DNA from: Phaeosaccion multiseriatum
Taxonomy: Eukaryota > Protista > Ochrophyta, other classes
Reading direction: 5' to 3'
NCBI GenBank assembly: GCA_965112735.1
Contig: OZ218960.1
Location: 62,001 to 126,000, forward strand
Length of the DNA: 64,000 bases
The notes under the pieces were generated by a model. It saw only the letters and a list, made by a program, of their open reading frames with translations, made no database searches and was not told the DNA's origin. Positions 21,950 to 35,128 of the stretch are shown one piece after another. Position numbers and translations under genes: made by a program. Each line of letters opens with the position of its first letter. Position 1 is the first letter of the stretch.

Positions 21950-22549
21950 GTGGGGGGCACCCCTCGTGATGAAGTACGTACAGTAAGTTATTCCATTTGT
22001 ACTGCCCTTAATCCCTATAATTTTGAAGTCATTTGCCCTTCTTCCCCTCCTAATCGTATGTAACTATTTAGTAATCCTCCCTGTTCACTCCGTGGGTTTC
22101 TGTTGCTTCTGTTTGTCCAGTGAAGAACGATTGGAAATTCGCAAGCCCCCCGCCCCCATTTTGCGTCACTCACTCTCTCGAGCCTGGCACCAAGCGTGGT
22201 GACTGACCATGTGCCCGTATGCCCGACGGAAGCAGTGCAGTGATGCTCCAAACGGCTTCACGCACCATCCACCGTTGTACCACCTACTGCTGTGCCTGTA
22301 CAGCCTACCTACCCCGCAGCGAGGCGAGCCGGCGCTCCCCCGAAGTAGAGCAGCAACGCCCCCCCCCCACTGCCATCCACTGCCATCCACTGCCATCCCC
22401 GCACTTCGAAGGTCTCAACGATCTCCAATGCGACTCTCCACTTCTGCCCCAGAGCCCGCCATCCACTGCCATCCAGCCACTCGTGCTCCTCGCGGACAAC
22501 AAACTACTTGCCTTCCTCACTCAAGCACTCAACAAGCCACGCCAGCTAC

Positions 22550-25134
22550 TCAAGCAGTGGCCGTCACAGCCGCTCCCTTGCCCTCATCCCCGCTGACAAA
22601 TACCCACTTGTTGCCCCTCTGCTCCACCATGAAGCACTTGGTGGCGAGTCTCCACACGGCCTTGTGCAGGGGAGTGGGGTCGTACAAGTAATGCTCCGGG
22701 AAGGCTTCCTTGATGGCCTCCGTGGCCTCATCGGCATGGTAGAAGGGCATGGAGCTGTCCAGGTGGTGGGCCACATGGGTGGACCCAATCTTATGCAGGG
22801 CCCAATCAAAGAACTTGCCGTAGGGGCGGTCGATGGAGTGGAAGGCGCCCTTGACAAAGTTCCAATCCTCTCCGCTGTAGTGAGGCACGTCTGTGTCGGT
22901 GTGCTGCAGCCAAGTGATGCCCACCAGCCACGCGTTGACCACGAGGTAAGGAGCACCGTACAGCAGGGCCATGTTCATGAGGCCGAAGGTCTTTGCCCAC
23001 ATGACCAGACCGCCGACGGTGGCCGCGATTCCAATGTCGCTGAGCCATACCTTACCCTTCCACTTGCCGGGGAACAGCTCCTTGCCCGCCTCGGCGTTGT
23101 TCACTGGCACGAAGTGGCTGAGCATGGGGGAGGGGGTTAGGGTTAGGGTTAGTTGGGGCCAAAGGAAGAAAAGGCTGGCAACCGTTAGTGAGGGGCAAGA
23201 GTTAGTGAGGGGCAAGAGGAGGAGGAGGAGGAGGAGGAGGAGGAGGAGGGGGAGGAGGAGGAGGAGGGGGAGGAGGGGGAGGAGGAGGAGGAGGAGGAGG
23301 AGGAGGAGGAGGAGGAAGAGGAGGAGGAAGAGGAGGAGGAAGAGGAAGAGGAGGAGGAGGAGGAGGAGGAGGAGGAGGAGGAGGAAGAGGAGGAGGAGGC
23401 GGATTCCCACCCACGCCCGCCCAACCATCCACGGACCCACACTTCTTGACTCACTTGGTGAACTTGCGAACGGGCCCTCCGGTAGCCCCCCACAGCATGT
23501 AGGCGGGCCAGCCAACCACGAGATGCAGGAAGGACTGCACCCCGCCGAACAGAGTGCCCCCGAGCCGCTTGCCCAGTACCGTCCTGAACGCCTTGCGCAT
23601 CCCTGCCACCATCCTGAGAAGGAGAGACGAGACGAGATGGTCATGGTGAAGGTGAAGGTGAAACACAAGGGGCGGCGAAGTCAGTTCCTTGTCCTCCTGT
23701 CCTTCTATCAGGCTGTATCTGCATCCGTCTCTCCGCCTCTCATCTTGAGTCTGTCCCACCCCCCTGTCCCACCCCCCTGTCCACCCCCTACCCGCCCCAT
23801 TCACAGTGCGTCTGTCTTCTCGTGCCCACCTCGATGTACGAAAGACTTGACTGACGGCAATGCGTCATCATACCTTTCCCATCCCCACTTCCCCATACGC
23901 CTCCATTACCCTTCTCCTAGAGGCCTCCACTATCGACTCCACTACCCTTACTTCGCCTCCACCATCTCCTCTCCTCACCTGCCCTCGTGTCCCTCTTTGG
24001 TGGGCGGCACGTGCGTCTCTCCCTCCGTCATGTGATTCGTGCGCGCGTGGTGCACACCGTGGCCTGAGGGGGCAATAAAGGACAAAAACGGGAGAGAGAG
24101 AGAGCAGGTTAAGTACGCGCGGAAAGAGGGAAAGAGAGGTGTACGCTGTGCGAGACGGAGGAATACACGTATCTCTCCCTTCACCTCCCTCTCTCTCTCC
24201 CCACTCACTTCTCTGCCAACTGAAGTAGGGCACGAGCAACGCGCTGTGCAGGAGGTAGCCCACACTGTCCTGTAGAGTCTTGTTGTTGCTGAAGGCCCCG
24301 TGCCCACACTCGTGGGCGATGACCCACAGGCCAGTGGCGAGGGTGCCGTTAAGGAGCGCGTAGGCCACCCAAGCAGGGGCCATGGCCGCCTTGTGATAAA
24401 GGATGCAGCAGTTGGTGAAAAAGGATGCAGCAGATGGTTAATAAGAGGGGAGTTGAGGAGATCTCGAAACGCACACAGCACATCCTGTCTGCATCCCCTC
24501 CCTCTCTCGTATGTGTCTCTCTCATATACCACTCGCGGGACCCACTTGTGAGTAAGGTCACTCTTACCCCCTTCCCCTTCCCCTTCCCCTTCCCCTCCCA
24601 CTCCCTTTCTCACTCTCAACCCCCTTCTCATTCACTCACCGTGAAGGGGATGAAGGCCGCCGCCAATGCCCCCGTGCCGATGGTGCACACGAGCGAGCGC
24701 AGCGTGTAGAGCAGCGCCTTCTTGGTGTCCTTCTCGAAGCAGTGCTTGGGCACGACACCCAGCACCTCGCTCTTCTTGGGCCACACCTTGTCGGTCAGCG
24801 CCTGGCCGTTGAGGCCCGACAGAGTAATGCCAGTCATATCAAAGGCTTCGCTTGATTTCGGGGGGGCTACTGCCTCCACCGGCGGGGAAAGCGTAGTAGT
24901 TCCACCCATGGCAGTGGCGGGAGCGGACGACATCATGGACAGTCTGCGTCTCCGAGCAGCTGAGGGTGCCCCTACTCGAGACGAAGAGGGTGAGTGGGTA
25001 GAAGAGGCGGTGGTGGTGGTGGTGGTGGTGGACAAAGATCGAACGCTCCCGGCAGGGTTGACGAGAAGAGCGGTGGTGCTCTGCGGGGTCGTGGCACAGA
25101 GCAGGGCCCCAGCCGCAGCAGCAAACGCCCTCAT
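22550..25134 (-). CDS. FAD6: Plastid-targeted membrane fatty-acid desaturase, delta-12/omega-6 type (stramenopile FAD6-like)
   Basis: About 5 exons. N-terminal signal plus Ser/Thr-rich transit peptide. Three His boxes: WVIAHECGH, WQRS|HGVHHARTNH...ETHVP and HKIGSTHVAHH. Regiospecificity is inferred, not shown. Confidence 0.85.
23216..23399. repeat. (GAG/GAA)n trinucleotide tract in a desaturase intron
   Basis: Directly visible. It produces the spurious poly-L/S/P/R ORFs. Confidence 0.95.
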
Positions 25135-25879
25135 GGCTCTCTGTTCTCCTCCTCTCGGGTCTCGGCACCTCTGGCGGCTGACGCCTCGCTTCTTCGCTCA
25201 ACCCTCTCCCCTCACGACAGTTTTCCTTCTTTTCCCTCCGGGAGATCCTCTGCAAACGAGCGGTACTACACCAATCAGGTTAGTGGAGGCTGCTGCTGCT
25301 GCTGCTGCTCCAGCCGCTAGCTGTTTTTTATATAAAATCACGTGTGTGGTTCGTTGGTGGAATTGACGTCATCGTTGAGTTTTGGTTTCAGGTGCCACCG
25401 CCCAGTTTCCGTTTCAATTTGGGTACTCCCGGCCCAAAAGAAATTGTCCAATTTTTTCTTCAAGCAAAGAGGGAAGAAGAAGAAGAGGGATCAGAGCGAG
25501 AGGCCTAATCAAGCCGGTGCTGCTTCAGGGATCTGTCTTCCTCTTGAGTGGCTGTCCTCGTTCGAGTGGTGGAAGCGTGTGAGGTGCTGGATTGTACCGG
25601 ATTGTGGACCTGAGCGAGTCTCGATGCTTTGATCAGCAGAGCGGGGCGTGTCGTACGCGACTGGGGACGAAGGGACAACGAACAGTACAGCCTACAGAGA
25701 AGCGAAGGTCTGCAGGACGCTGCTGGACAGGAAGGGAGAACGAGAGCCGTAGAAGCTCCAGAACGGGCCCTAAAAGAATCTTAGAAGAGAGCGGAGGAGG
25801 AGAGCAGCTCGCGACTGGGCAGAAAGGGACAGCGAGGAGTACGGGCTACGGCAACAGCGGGGCCTTACAGCACACTCCG

Positions 25880-28316
25880 ATGGCAGGGGCTAGTGCTGAT
25901 TGGGTGCTGACACCGCTGGCCCGCGTATTGGCGATTTTGACAACCATCGTTGCTCTGACTCTGTCCCTCTACAATATCATCAAGCACATCATTCACTACA
26001 ACTACCCCAGGACCCAAAAGTTTATATTCCGGATATGTCTTATCATTCCTATCTATAGCATTTCTTCCTGTATCAGGTGAGAGACAATATAGAAAGAGAG
26101 GGAGAGAGAGAGAACCGAGGGGGATGGAGAAAAAGTGAGGCACAGCGGGCGGGAGAGAGAAAGAGAGGGAGAGAGAAACAGATTATGGAGAGATCGCGGG
26201 GCGCAGGATTTGGCGAGAGCATGCCTTGCCTGCGAAATGATGGGCAGCAAGCAGAAGGGAGGCACAGCCCCCTACACCTCATCACCGCATCGATGCCTCC
26301 CTCCCTCCCTCCCTCCCTCCTTGCCCCGCGTCCATCTTTCCCCCTCCTGCCCCATCTGCCCCCCTTCGCTCTCTTCCCTCTCTCTCTGTGTGTATGGGTG
26401 TGGCGGTGTGTGTCCTCCCGTCTCTCTCCCCTGCCACCCTGCCCCGGTCAACCCACTCCCCTCCACTCCCCTTCCCTTCACTCAACTACACCCCACTCCA
26501 CCCCACTCCACCCCACTTCACTCTCTTCCAGTGTGGTACACCCTCCGGCCTCCGCGGCGGTGCAGACCATCCGGGGAGTGTACGAGGCCGTGGTGGTGTA
26601 CTCGTTTCTCACTCTGCTGCTCGAGTACGCGGGAGGGGACTATGTCTGCATCGAGGCCATCAAGGTCAGAGGGGAGGAGGAGGAGGAGGAGGAGGAGGAG
26701 GAGGAGGAGGTGGAGGAGGAGGAGGAGGAGGAGGAGGAGGAGGAGGAGGAGGGGGAGGAGGAAAGAGAGGGGGGAGGAGGATAGTAGGGAGCAGGGAGGT
26801 GTGGTTCCGGAGAGGGAAGGCGAGAGGGAGGAGGGAAGGATCCGTCTCTCTGTGTGGAGGAGAGGATGGTGGCCAGAGTGGTCAGAGGGAGGGTGGTGAA
26901 CGGCAAGAGGGCAAGAGGCACACAAGGCTTGCCCGAGAGCAGAGGAGGCCCGTGCGCGGCTGGAGGGGACTGCTCCTTTCTTTCGTCCTTCTTTGCGCTC
27001 TAGGTTCGCCTCGCTCTCATCTCGCCCGCATGCCTCCCTCCTTCCCTTTCTCCCTGCGTCTCTCCCTTCCTCCCTCCCTCCCTCCCTCTCCCCCCCCTCC
27101 ACACCATATCATCACCTGAATGAACTGAAATGAACCGAAATGAAACGACGTACGTACGCAGCACCACCCGCCCATTCGGCACCCCTTCCCCCTGGGCTGC
27201 ATCCTCCCCAAGATCCGACGCGACGGGCGACTCGTGCGCTACTGCAAACAGGGCACGCTGCAGTTCGTGGTCATCAAGCCGCTGGTGGCGGTGCTGAGCC
27301 TCATCGCACTCGGCCAAGGCTTCTACTACACAGACTCGTACCAGGGCTTCCTCCTTGTGGTGTACAACCTCAGCTACTCAGCTGCGCTGTACGCCCTGCT
27401 GGTCTTTTACCTGGCGGTGGTGCAAAACACGGCCATTCTGACGCAGTACAAGCCCGTGACCAAGTTCTTTGCAGTCAAGAGCATCGTGTTTGCCACATTT
27501 TGGCAGAGCGTGGTGATTGGCCTCCTGCCCGGCATCTCCACGGCCAAATCCATTCTGTGGAACGATTTCTTGCTGTGTTGCGAGGCTGTGCCCTTCGCGC
27601 TGCTGCTGAACCGGGCCTTTCCTTACAAGGAGTTTTTGGGGGGCAACTTCGCCGTGCATGCCTTCGGGGACAGGGCCATGCTCGACAATATGAAGCAGGT
27701 ATTCAGCGTTGGCGACGTCTTTCAGGACGCGTATCACAACTACCACGCCTCCTATCAGGACTACGCGGTTGCGAGGGATGATACCGAAACTGATTCGAGA
27801 AAGTTCCGCGCCAGAACGTTCTTGGTGGGCAATCTCGACTCGGCGGAGATGGAGAAGGGGGCCCGGGGCGGGGACCGCGGGGCGGGGGGGGGGGCATCGG
27901 CAGCAGCAGCAGCCGCAGCAGCAGCAGCTGCGGGAGCAGGAGGACGACGAGGAGGAGGAGGGGGAGGCAAAGGGAGGGACGAGGGGGCGATGGAAGCAGG
28001 GGCAGGATCGGCAGGATCAGTTGCAGCGGCAGTGGCAGCAGCAGGGCCGGGGAAGGGAGGTCCGAATCGTAGCACTGCAGAGGAGGAGGCTAAGCTGCCC
28101 GATGGTGATGATCATGATGATGAAGCGGACGGAGGAGTGCTCGGTCCGGGCCATCTGCAACATAGACCCAGCTTCGCACACGCTCAGGCGACAGCGCAGG
28201 AGGAGGAGGACGAGGACTGGTCGGAGGATGTTGATGTGATGGAGGTGCGTAGCAGAGGCACCACTCCAGAGGCCGGGCAGGGCAGGAGCAGGAGCATCAC
28301 AAGGGCCATGGTGTGA
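25880..28316 (+). CDS. TMEM184 / organic solute transporter OST-alpha (LAZ1-like) family membrane protein
   Basis: Exons ~25880-26076, 26532-26664, 27162-28316. Motifs IIKHIIHYNYPRTQKFIFRICLIIPIYSISS, IRGVYEAVVVYSFLTLL, YCKQGTLQFVVIKP, KPVTKFFAVKSIVFATFWQ and AFPYKEF. Confidence 0.92.
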
Positions 28317-28846
28317 GCACATGAGGTCGTCAGCTGTAAATGATCGCGGTACGACGCTGCAGCTACGGTGGTGTTGTACCCCACGGGAGAGGAGAGGGTG
28401 GTGCGTGGCTGTGGCCGCTTCCTCGAGATGATCCACGAATGGCGAGGTATGTCACCAACCTTTGACCTTACCACTCCGCTGAACGCCGCCGTTGAGGACC
28501 ATGAGAGCTCGAGGAGGCCATCGCAAAGAGCACGTGCCGCCCTCTCTTCTTGCATTGTGTACTGTGCACTGCTCTTGCACTTGAAGCAAGAGGGGGCATC
28601 ACCAGCTGTCAGGACCACGTTCGGTGCCCATGGTATCGAACTGCGCTGCAGCGGAGAGAGGTGGAGAGCGGCTGGGAGAGTCTTGTCTTTCCTTTGTGGT
28701 TTGGTCACAGAGCTTCGGCGTGCGTGCATGGGTGGCGGATATCGGATATTGATATCGCGAGCCGAGCCAGAGGGGCGCTCCTGGGCAGAGAGAGAGAGAG
28801 AGAGAGAGAGCGGCGCTGGAGGAGGGGATGGGGGATGCAGTGGATG

Positions 28847-28922
28847 CAGTGGATACATATTGCCAGAGTCCTTGGATGCATGTTCAGTGGATACATATTG
28901 CCAGAGTCCTTGGATGCATGTT
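28847..28922. repeat. Perfect 38-bp tandem duplication
   Basis: CAGTGGATACATATTGCCAGAGTCCTTGGATGCATGTT at 28847-28884 and 28885-28922. Confidence 0.9.
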
Positions 28923-29578
28923 GCCGGTGTCCTTGGCCACCCCTCGTAGGCTTCTTTTGTGGCCACGGACAGCACCAGAGCCTCACCTCTCCTCGCAGGG
29001 TGGGGGGCTCTTTTAGCTTCGCTTGAGCCGCTGCCTCACTGCCTTACTGCCTTACTGTAGGCAGTGCTGTTTACTGTAAGGTGTGTTGGACGCTGTGCGA
29101 AGAAGATGGGAGGGAGGGAGGGAGGGAGGGAGGGAGGGAGGGAGGGGGTGCGTGCGGTGGATGGGGTCTCAGCCTCTGTCTCAGTGCGCCTCTCCTCTCC
29201 GGTGTTGTGCTACTTTGGTGCTTCAGCGTTTCGAGAGTGGACGCGTGGGTACTTCAGAATTTTTTTTTTTTACATAACAGACACTGTGAATTAACAAAGC
29301 GGCACTCGGGATAACACATAACACTCGGGATAAGAAACAAGGCCTTGTCCGCACAGTTACCTTCTGCCTTCATCACATCCCTTGTGCTCAAGAGCAAAAC
29401 AAAAGGTTACACAGCGACGTAGAGTGTGGGGGGCCCTTCCCCAAGGGGAAAGAAGGTACATACAGAAAGAAGGCGGGCAACCGACCCCTGCCGAAGGAGC
29501 CGACTAAGTCAGTAAGAGTAAGTCGGTAAGCTTCAGATTGCCCTCCATGGGCCCGAGTCAAGGGGTGATGCCGCCTGC

Positions 29579-32500
29579 TCACATCCGAGCTGCCGTTGAA
29601 GAGCGTCGAGCGTCAGCAGCAGCAGCAGCAGCCGCAGCAGCAGCCTCAGCGGCGTTGGCAGCGATGCGAGCCTCGACGTTCTTGAGGTTAATCCTCATCT
29701 GCGGGTGTGCCCCTGCCCTACCCTCAGCATCGCCGCCCTCGTTGTCCATCACTTCGATTGCCCTCGCATACAGCGCCCGCGCCTCCTCCAGCTCCCCCAG
29801 CAGCTCCTGTACGGTTTCAGTTTCAGTTGAATGCACTGTAAGGTTAACACGTCACGTCGGGTCCGTAACCCATGTGTGGGTAGGAACCACTCGCTGCTCT
29901 CTCTGTCTAGATTCTTGTCCTTTCGTCGTTCGCCAGCTCTTCGTTTCTTCGTCTCTCGAGGTGTGCCATGGCATCTTCTCACCTTCTGTCTGTTTGTGAT
30001 CCTCTCACTCTCTTCATACCTCCCTCTCTCCTTGTCCCTCTGTCTCTATCGCTCTCTTCTCTCCGTGTGTGTGTCTCTCCGCATCTCTCTCTTCCCTCTG
30101 TCTCATTCCCTTTACACACTGCACCAACCAACCCATTCCCTTCACACACAGCACCACCCAACTCGACCGCTTGCGTGGTAGACGGCCTTAAAAACTGCAA
30201 ATGAGCTGACCACTGAACTGAACCACGACTTTCCTTCACCCTTCACCTCACCTGCAGGTAGCCAACATTGTTGAGCAGCTCCGGCGAGCTTGGCTCCTGC
30301 TGCAGGGCCCGCGAGTACAGGCTGCGGGCAGTGACCAAGTCCTGTTTGTCCTGATACGCCACCCCCGCGTTGACCAGGAGGGCCAGGCTGTCAGGCTCGT
30401 GCAGCAGCCCTGTTGCAAAGGCTTCGGCGGCCACGTCTAGCAGTCCGCCTGCGGAGTACAAGGAGTGGAGGGGAGGACGTGGAGTAAGTCGAGGCACCAG
30501 GACGAAGGGTATGTGATGTGAAAGGATAGTCATGGTCAGATATAAAGATGGAGGAGACAGAGAGGAAGAGAGAGAGAAAAGGGAGAGAGAGGTACTTGGA
30601 ATAGTTTTGCGTCTCTATCCACCCACCCACCAACCCCACGCACGCACGCACGCACCGTCCTTGGCGGCAAGCCCCATTTGGTTGTAAATATCCTCGAAGG
30701 CCATGCGATCGCCGCCATCCACTGCCATCCCCGCGTTTCTGTGGGCCGCCTCCACGTAGCTGCGCACTGCCTCAGCGAAACCGCCGCGAAAGGCCAACGC
30801 CATTGCTCGGCAGTACCACGCCAAAGGGAGGGCTTGCCCCCCTGCCCCTCCTCCTCCTGCTCCTCCTTGGCCCTCGTCCGTCCTCCCTCCTCCTTCCCCC
30901 GCCTCCTGCTGTATCACCAACAGCTGCTGCTGCTGCTGGTGGTGTTGACCGTGCAAATACCGCGGAGAGGGCCCCAGGCTCCGCTCGAGGTAGCCCTCGG
31001 CGATGAGCAGCAGCTGATGAGCGTCGTCAAGCGCCCCCAGCCCCGCCGCCTTGGTCACCAGCAAGAGGTGCTCGTGTGCCAGGTACGTGAGCGCGTGCGC
31101 GTTCTCACCCCGACCAATCATATCGACATCGACATCGGTATCGATAACACTGCCACCGGAGGAGGGGTCAGAGGAGGGGTCCAGTTGCCGTTGTTGTTGT
31201 TGTTGTTGCACCACGGGGCGTAGAGATAGCTCCAAGTGCTCAATGGCAGCGGCGCTGTCTCGCTGGAGGCGTGCGGCAAGGCCTCTGTTGTACTGTGCAA
31301 CTTCGAAGGTGGGGTAGATCTGGAGGCATATGGAGGGAGGGAGGAGGGGGTGGGCGGGAAGGAGGGGGGAGGGAGGGAGGGAAGGAAGGAGGGGGGGGGG
31401 GGAAGGAGGGAGGGAGGAAGGGAGGGAAGGAAGGAGGGGGGGGGGGGGAAGGAGGGAGGGAGGAAGGGAGGGAGGGAGAGGTCCGGGGATGCAGGGATAA
31501 GGGACAAGGCGGGAGGGTCGGAGGAGGGTGGCTTAGCACAAGACAGTAGAGGGAGAGGCGGAGCGGGCGTAAAGGAGAAGCAGCACCAAGGCGTGCAAGG
31601 AGAGGGGGGGGGGAGGAATGAGGATCAATCTGCGGCTTTCCCTCTCTCGGATCGATCTCCCCCCCTACCCTCCCCTCTCCCTACCTGCAAGGCCCTGTCC
31701 AGCAGCTGTGCTGCCTCCCCAGCCTCGAAGGGCGTGAGCTTAAGCATGGCGAGGTTGTTGAGCGTCTTGACTCCCGAAGGACACACCAAAAGGGCGGCCT
31801 CGAAAAGGGCTCTCTCGCTGCGCCACTCCCCGCAGCGCCGATAGGTTCTGACACCGAAGTGCACAGCCCAAGCGAGGAGCAGAACCAGCAGCAGCAGTCG
31901 CAGGCTTCCCTGCGACTGGGGGGGGCGCGAGGGTTGTACCACCAACTGGTGTGGACTCTTCCCTCCTGCGTCTTGCTGCTCCACCGTAGACGGTGCAGAA
32001 GGTTGGCCGCTGCTGCGCACTTTCTCCTTCTCCTTCTCCTCGTCCTCCTCCTCGTCCTCCTCCTCCTGCTCCTCCTCCCCGTCCTCATCCTCTTTCTCAT
32101 CCTGCGGGTCCGTTTCGCTCTCGTCCGTTTCGCTGCCATCGTTCTCCTCCTCCAGCTCCTCTAAAATGGCCTCTCCTGCCAACACCTCATCATCATCATC
32201 CTCCTCCTCCTCCTCCTCCTCCCCCTCCTCTTCCGCCTCTCCTTCATGCTCTCCTTCTCCTTGTTCTTGCTCTCCCTTGGATACGACCGTTTCGTCCTGG
32301 TTCTTCTCCTCCTCCCACCTTTTCACGCCCTCCTTGCTCTCCTCCTCATCGCCCTTCCCCCCCTCACCACCTTCTCCCACGTCCGCATCCCCTCGATAGT
32401 CGTACAGCACACACCCAGCCAGCACGCACGCCCCCACGCTCGGCAGGTAGAGCAAGCGCTCCGCCAGCACCGTGCCCACGGGAAAGAAGAGCTGCGCCGC

Positions 32501-33033
32501 CGGAAGGAATGGAACCAACAACATGACCATACCCCACAGCAAGGGGAAGTGGCGCAGGCGGAGGCCCATCACCACTGCCCACAAGGCCGCTGCATAGAGG
32601 ACTACGGCCAGCCCATTACGCCAGTCCGCCCACTCCTCGATTCGAGGCAGGCAAGCCCACCCCCAGTCGTAGCACAGCCTCTGGGGCCACAGCAGCAGCC
32701 ACGCGTAGCGCACGTGGGTATGTGCGTAACTCAGGAGCCGCGCCCGCTTCAGGGGAAGGATGGCAATGTCGTTCTCAAGCACGCCCCAAGGCCGCAGCAG
32801 GGATGACCCGTGGAGGGCTACATGGGACAGCACCACGCCAATTGTGAGCCCCACGAGCGCGCCCATGCGAAGGAGCAGGCAGACAAGGCCTTCTCGCCGG
32901 CTGTGCTGCGCCACGGCGGCCCAAAACACCCTCCACCACGAGCTCCTCCCACAGAGGCCACTGGGGGCACCCCTCTGTCTCTGCTGCGCCTTCTGCTGCC
33001 CACTCATGTCCCTCTTGGGCGGTTGTATCACCA

Positions 33034-33071
<38 letters not shown>

Positions 33072-34844
33072 TGTTGCTCCTGCATTGGCCAGAGAGAAGC
33101 CCGCAGGAAGTGCAAAGCCTCTCCACAGAGCAGCACCCCGAAGGTTGTGACTCCAACCTCCTTGCACAGCGTCGCCAGCACGGGCAGTCCCAGCGACAAG
33201 CACACCTTGACCGCTGGCATAAGGCGCCCATACCACCACTTCCACCACCAACACCCGGCCGCGATGCCTTCCTCCCCACCCTCCTCACTCTTCTCTCCCT
33301 TCCCCTTCCCCTTCCCCTCCCCATCACCCTGGTCCCGTGCCTCCTGCCGAGTGTGATGCGGCGAGGGCCAAGCCAGCAGCAGGGCGGCCAAGCTGAGCAG
33401 GCCACAGAGCACATCTGCCCTCCCCACGAGGGGCGCCACGGCCTCCACATGGGCGGGGTGCACGGTGAAGAGCAGCGAGGACAGCACGGCAGGTGTCTCC
33501 TGCAGTCGCACCACACGCGGGCTGGTGCTTGGGCTGCTTGGGCTGCTGCCAAGCTTTTGGCCGTTACTACTATTCCTACTTGTACTGCTACTGTTCTTAC
33601 TTGCCCGAGGGGGTTCACAGCCACTCTCCTCCCACGCGGGGGGAAATGGGCCTGCCCTGGTCTTGGGCGCTGATGCTGCCGCTGGTGCTGCCACTGAATC
33701 ACCAACGGCTGCTGCTGCTGCTGCTTTTGTGGGTTCCGCTCGGCTGATGGGCCCGCCTACGGCTCTCCGTGCCAGCGTGGAAACCCTGCCTGGCACAGGC
33801 GTCACGGCGAAGACCCTCCTCACGAGCAGTAGCACCAGCACACACGCGAGGGCGTGCAAGCATACGTTGGTCAAGTGGAAGTGGCGAGTGCATCCACTGC
33901 TACTACCTTCCTCCAGCCGAAGCCCAGATGCGTGCTCGCTCCCCGACTGGGGAGACGAGGGGGGGAGAGAGGGGGGTGAGGATGGGAGGGGGAGAGAGAG
34001 GGAGTTCGAGATGGAGTGAGACTGAGAGTGAGAGAGACACACATAGGGAAAGTCAGAGTGAGATAAACACACATGTACACACATCAATAGAGAGAGGGGG
34101 GCATGCTCCGGTAAGGGCACGCGCCGGAATCCTTGGAGGGAGGGCAGCAACCAGGCCGAGCTCAGCTTTGAGTGCAAGCACCACAAAGTAGGGGCCTTGC
34201 CGACGAGCGTGGCGTCCGTTGCTGTAAAGGCACAGTTACTGCTCCAGGTGCAATCTTCTCCACCCTCTCGTCGCTCCCTACCCCCCCTCCTCTGCCGCTC
34301 ACTTACCCGCTCGGAGTCGCTGCCGTGGGCGAACAAGGGGCTGGGCGCGAGCGCCCTGTTCCATCGGTACGTGGCTGTGGTGAGGGGCCTGAAGCTCTTG
34401 TGACTGCCAGGGAGGGTGATGTCCTGCCCCCAGAAGTCGTGGTGGAGGAGGGAGGACCAGGGCTGGTCGGCATTGATGTCTGCGTTGTCGAGCTGTGGAG
34501 AAGAGGAGGTGAAAGGGCGAAGAGAGGAGTGAGAATCTTACATGCAATTTTCCGGCCTTCCCACCCCGCTCTACATGTCCTCTGCCTCTTTTGCGACTGG
34601 GAGTCTAGAGTCTTTGCGTGCGCGAATGAAGGGAAGGTGACAGGGAATTTGCAAGGACAAACCGTGACGAGTGACGGCTAACGCTCACCACAGCTGCTCT
34701 GTCGTCCCACACAAAGCCTCCCTCCAGCGTGGTCCAGTGAAGTCCAGCAGCCAACAGGAAGATGCACAGCGGAGCCAGCCATGGCCTAACCAGCCTCTGC
34801 CTCTCAATCGAATGGAGCAGCCCGAGGAGAACCTTCCGCGGCAT
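29579..34844 (-). CDS. TMTC-family protein O-mannosyltransferase (DUF1736 + TPR repeats)
   Basis: About 6 exons. GFVWDDRAAV|LDNAD, HDFWG...SHKSFRPLT, FHLTNVCLH, LFTVHPAHVEAVAPLVGRAD, LCKEVG, LLLWPQRLCYDW, FFPVGTVLAERLLYLPSVG, EWRSERALF, then TPRs (KTLNNLAML, LLVNAGVAY, LLNNVGYL). Confidence 0.92.
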
Positions 34845-35128
34845 ACCACCGAGGATACACCTCGCAACGGTTGACTCGCCTCCTACTCCTGGCTACTCCT
34901 GCTTGCACTCCTGCTGCTGGCGATGCAAGTCTCTCTCCACACCATTAATGAAAGCGTGATACCTATTGAGCACACACTGACTGCGGCACAGAGCCTGACC
35001 TAAACCGACCGCGAGAGTACGAGCAAGTCTGCCATTCGCCAGATGGCACCAAATGGAGGAGGAGAACCAGAGGGGACATCGATGAATTAACCGGCCGTAA
35101 GGCCTCAATTGCAGGGGATAGAGGGACG

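Noticed and set aside
22971-24035. 354-aa Arg-rich plus-strand ORF and similar antisense ORFs across the window
   Set aside because: Antisense shadows of real genes or of triplet microsatellites in GC-rich DNA.
28184-28975. Overlapping 150-260 aa ORFs downstream of TMEM184
   Set aside because: No recognisable motifs and no consistent splice model. They span a GA microsatellite and a tandem duplication.
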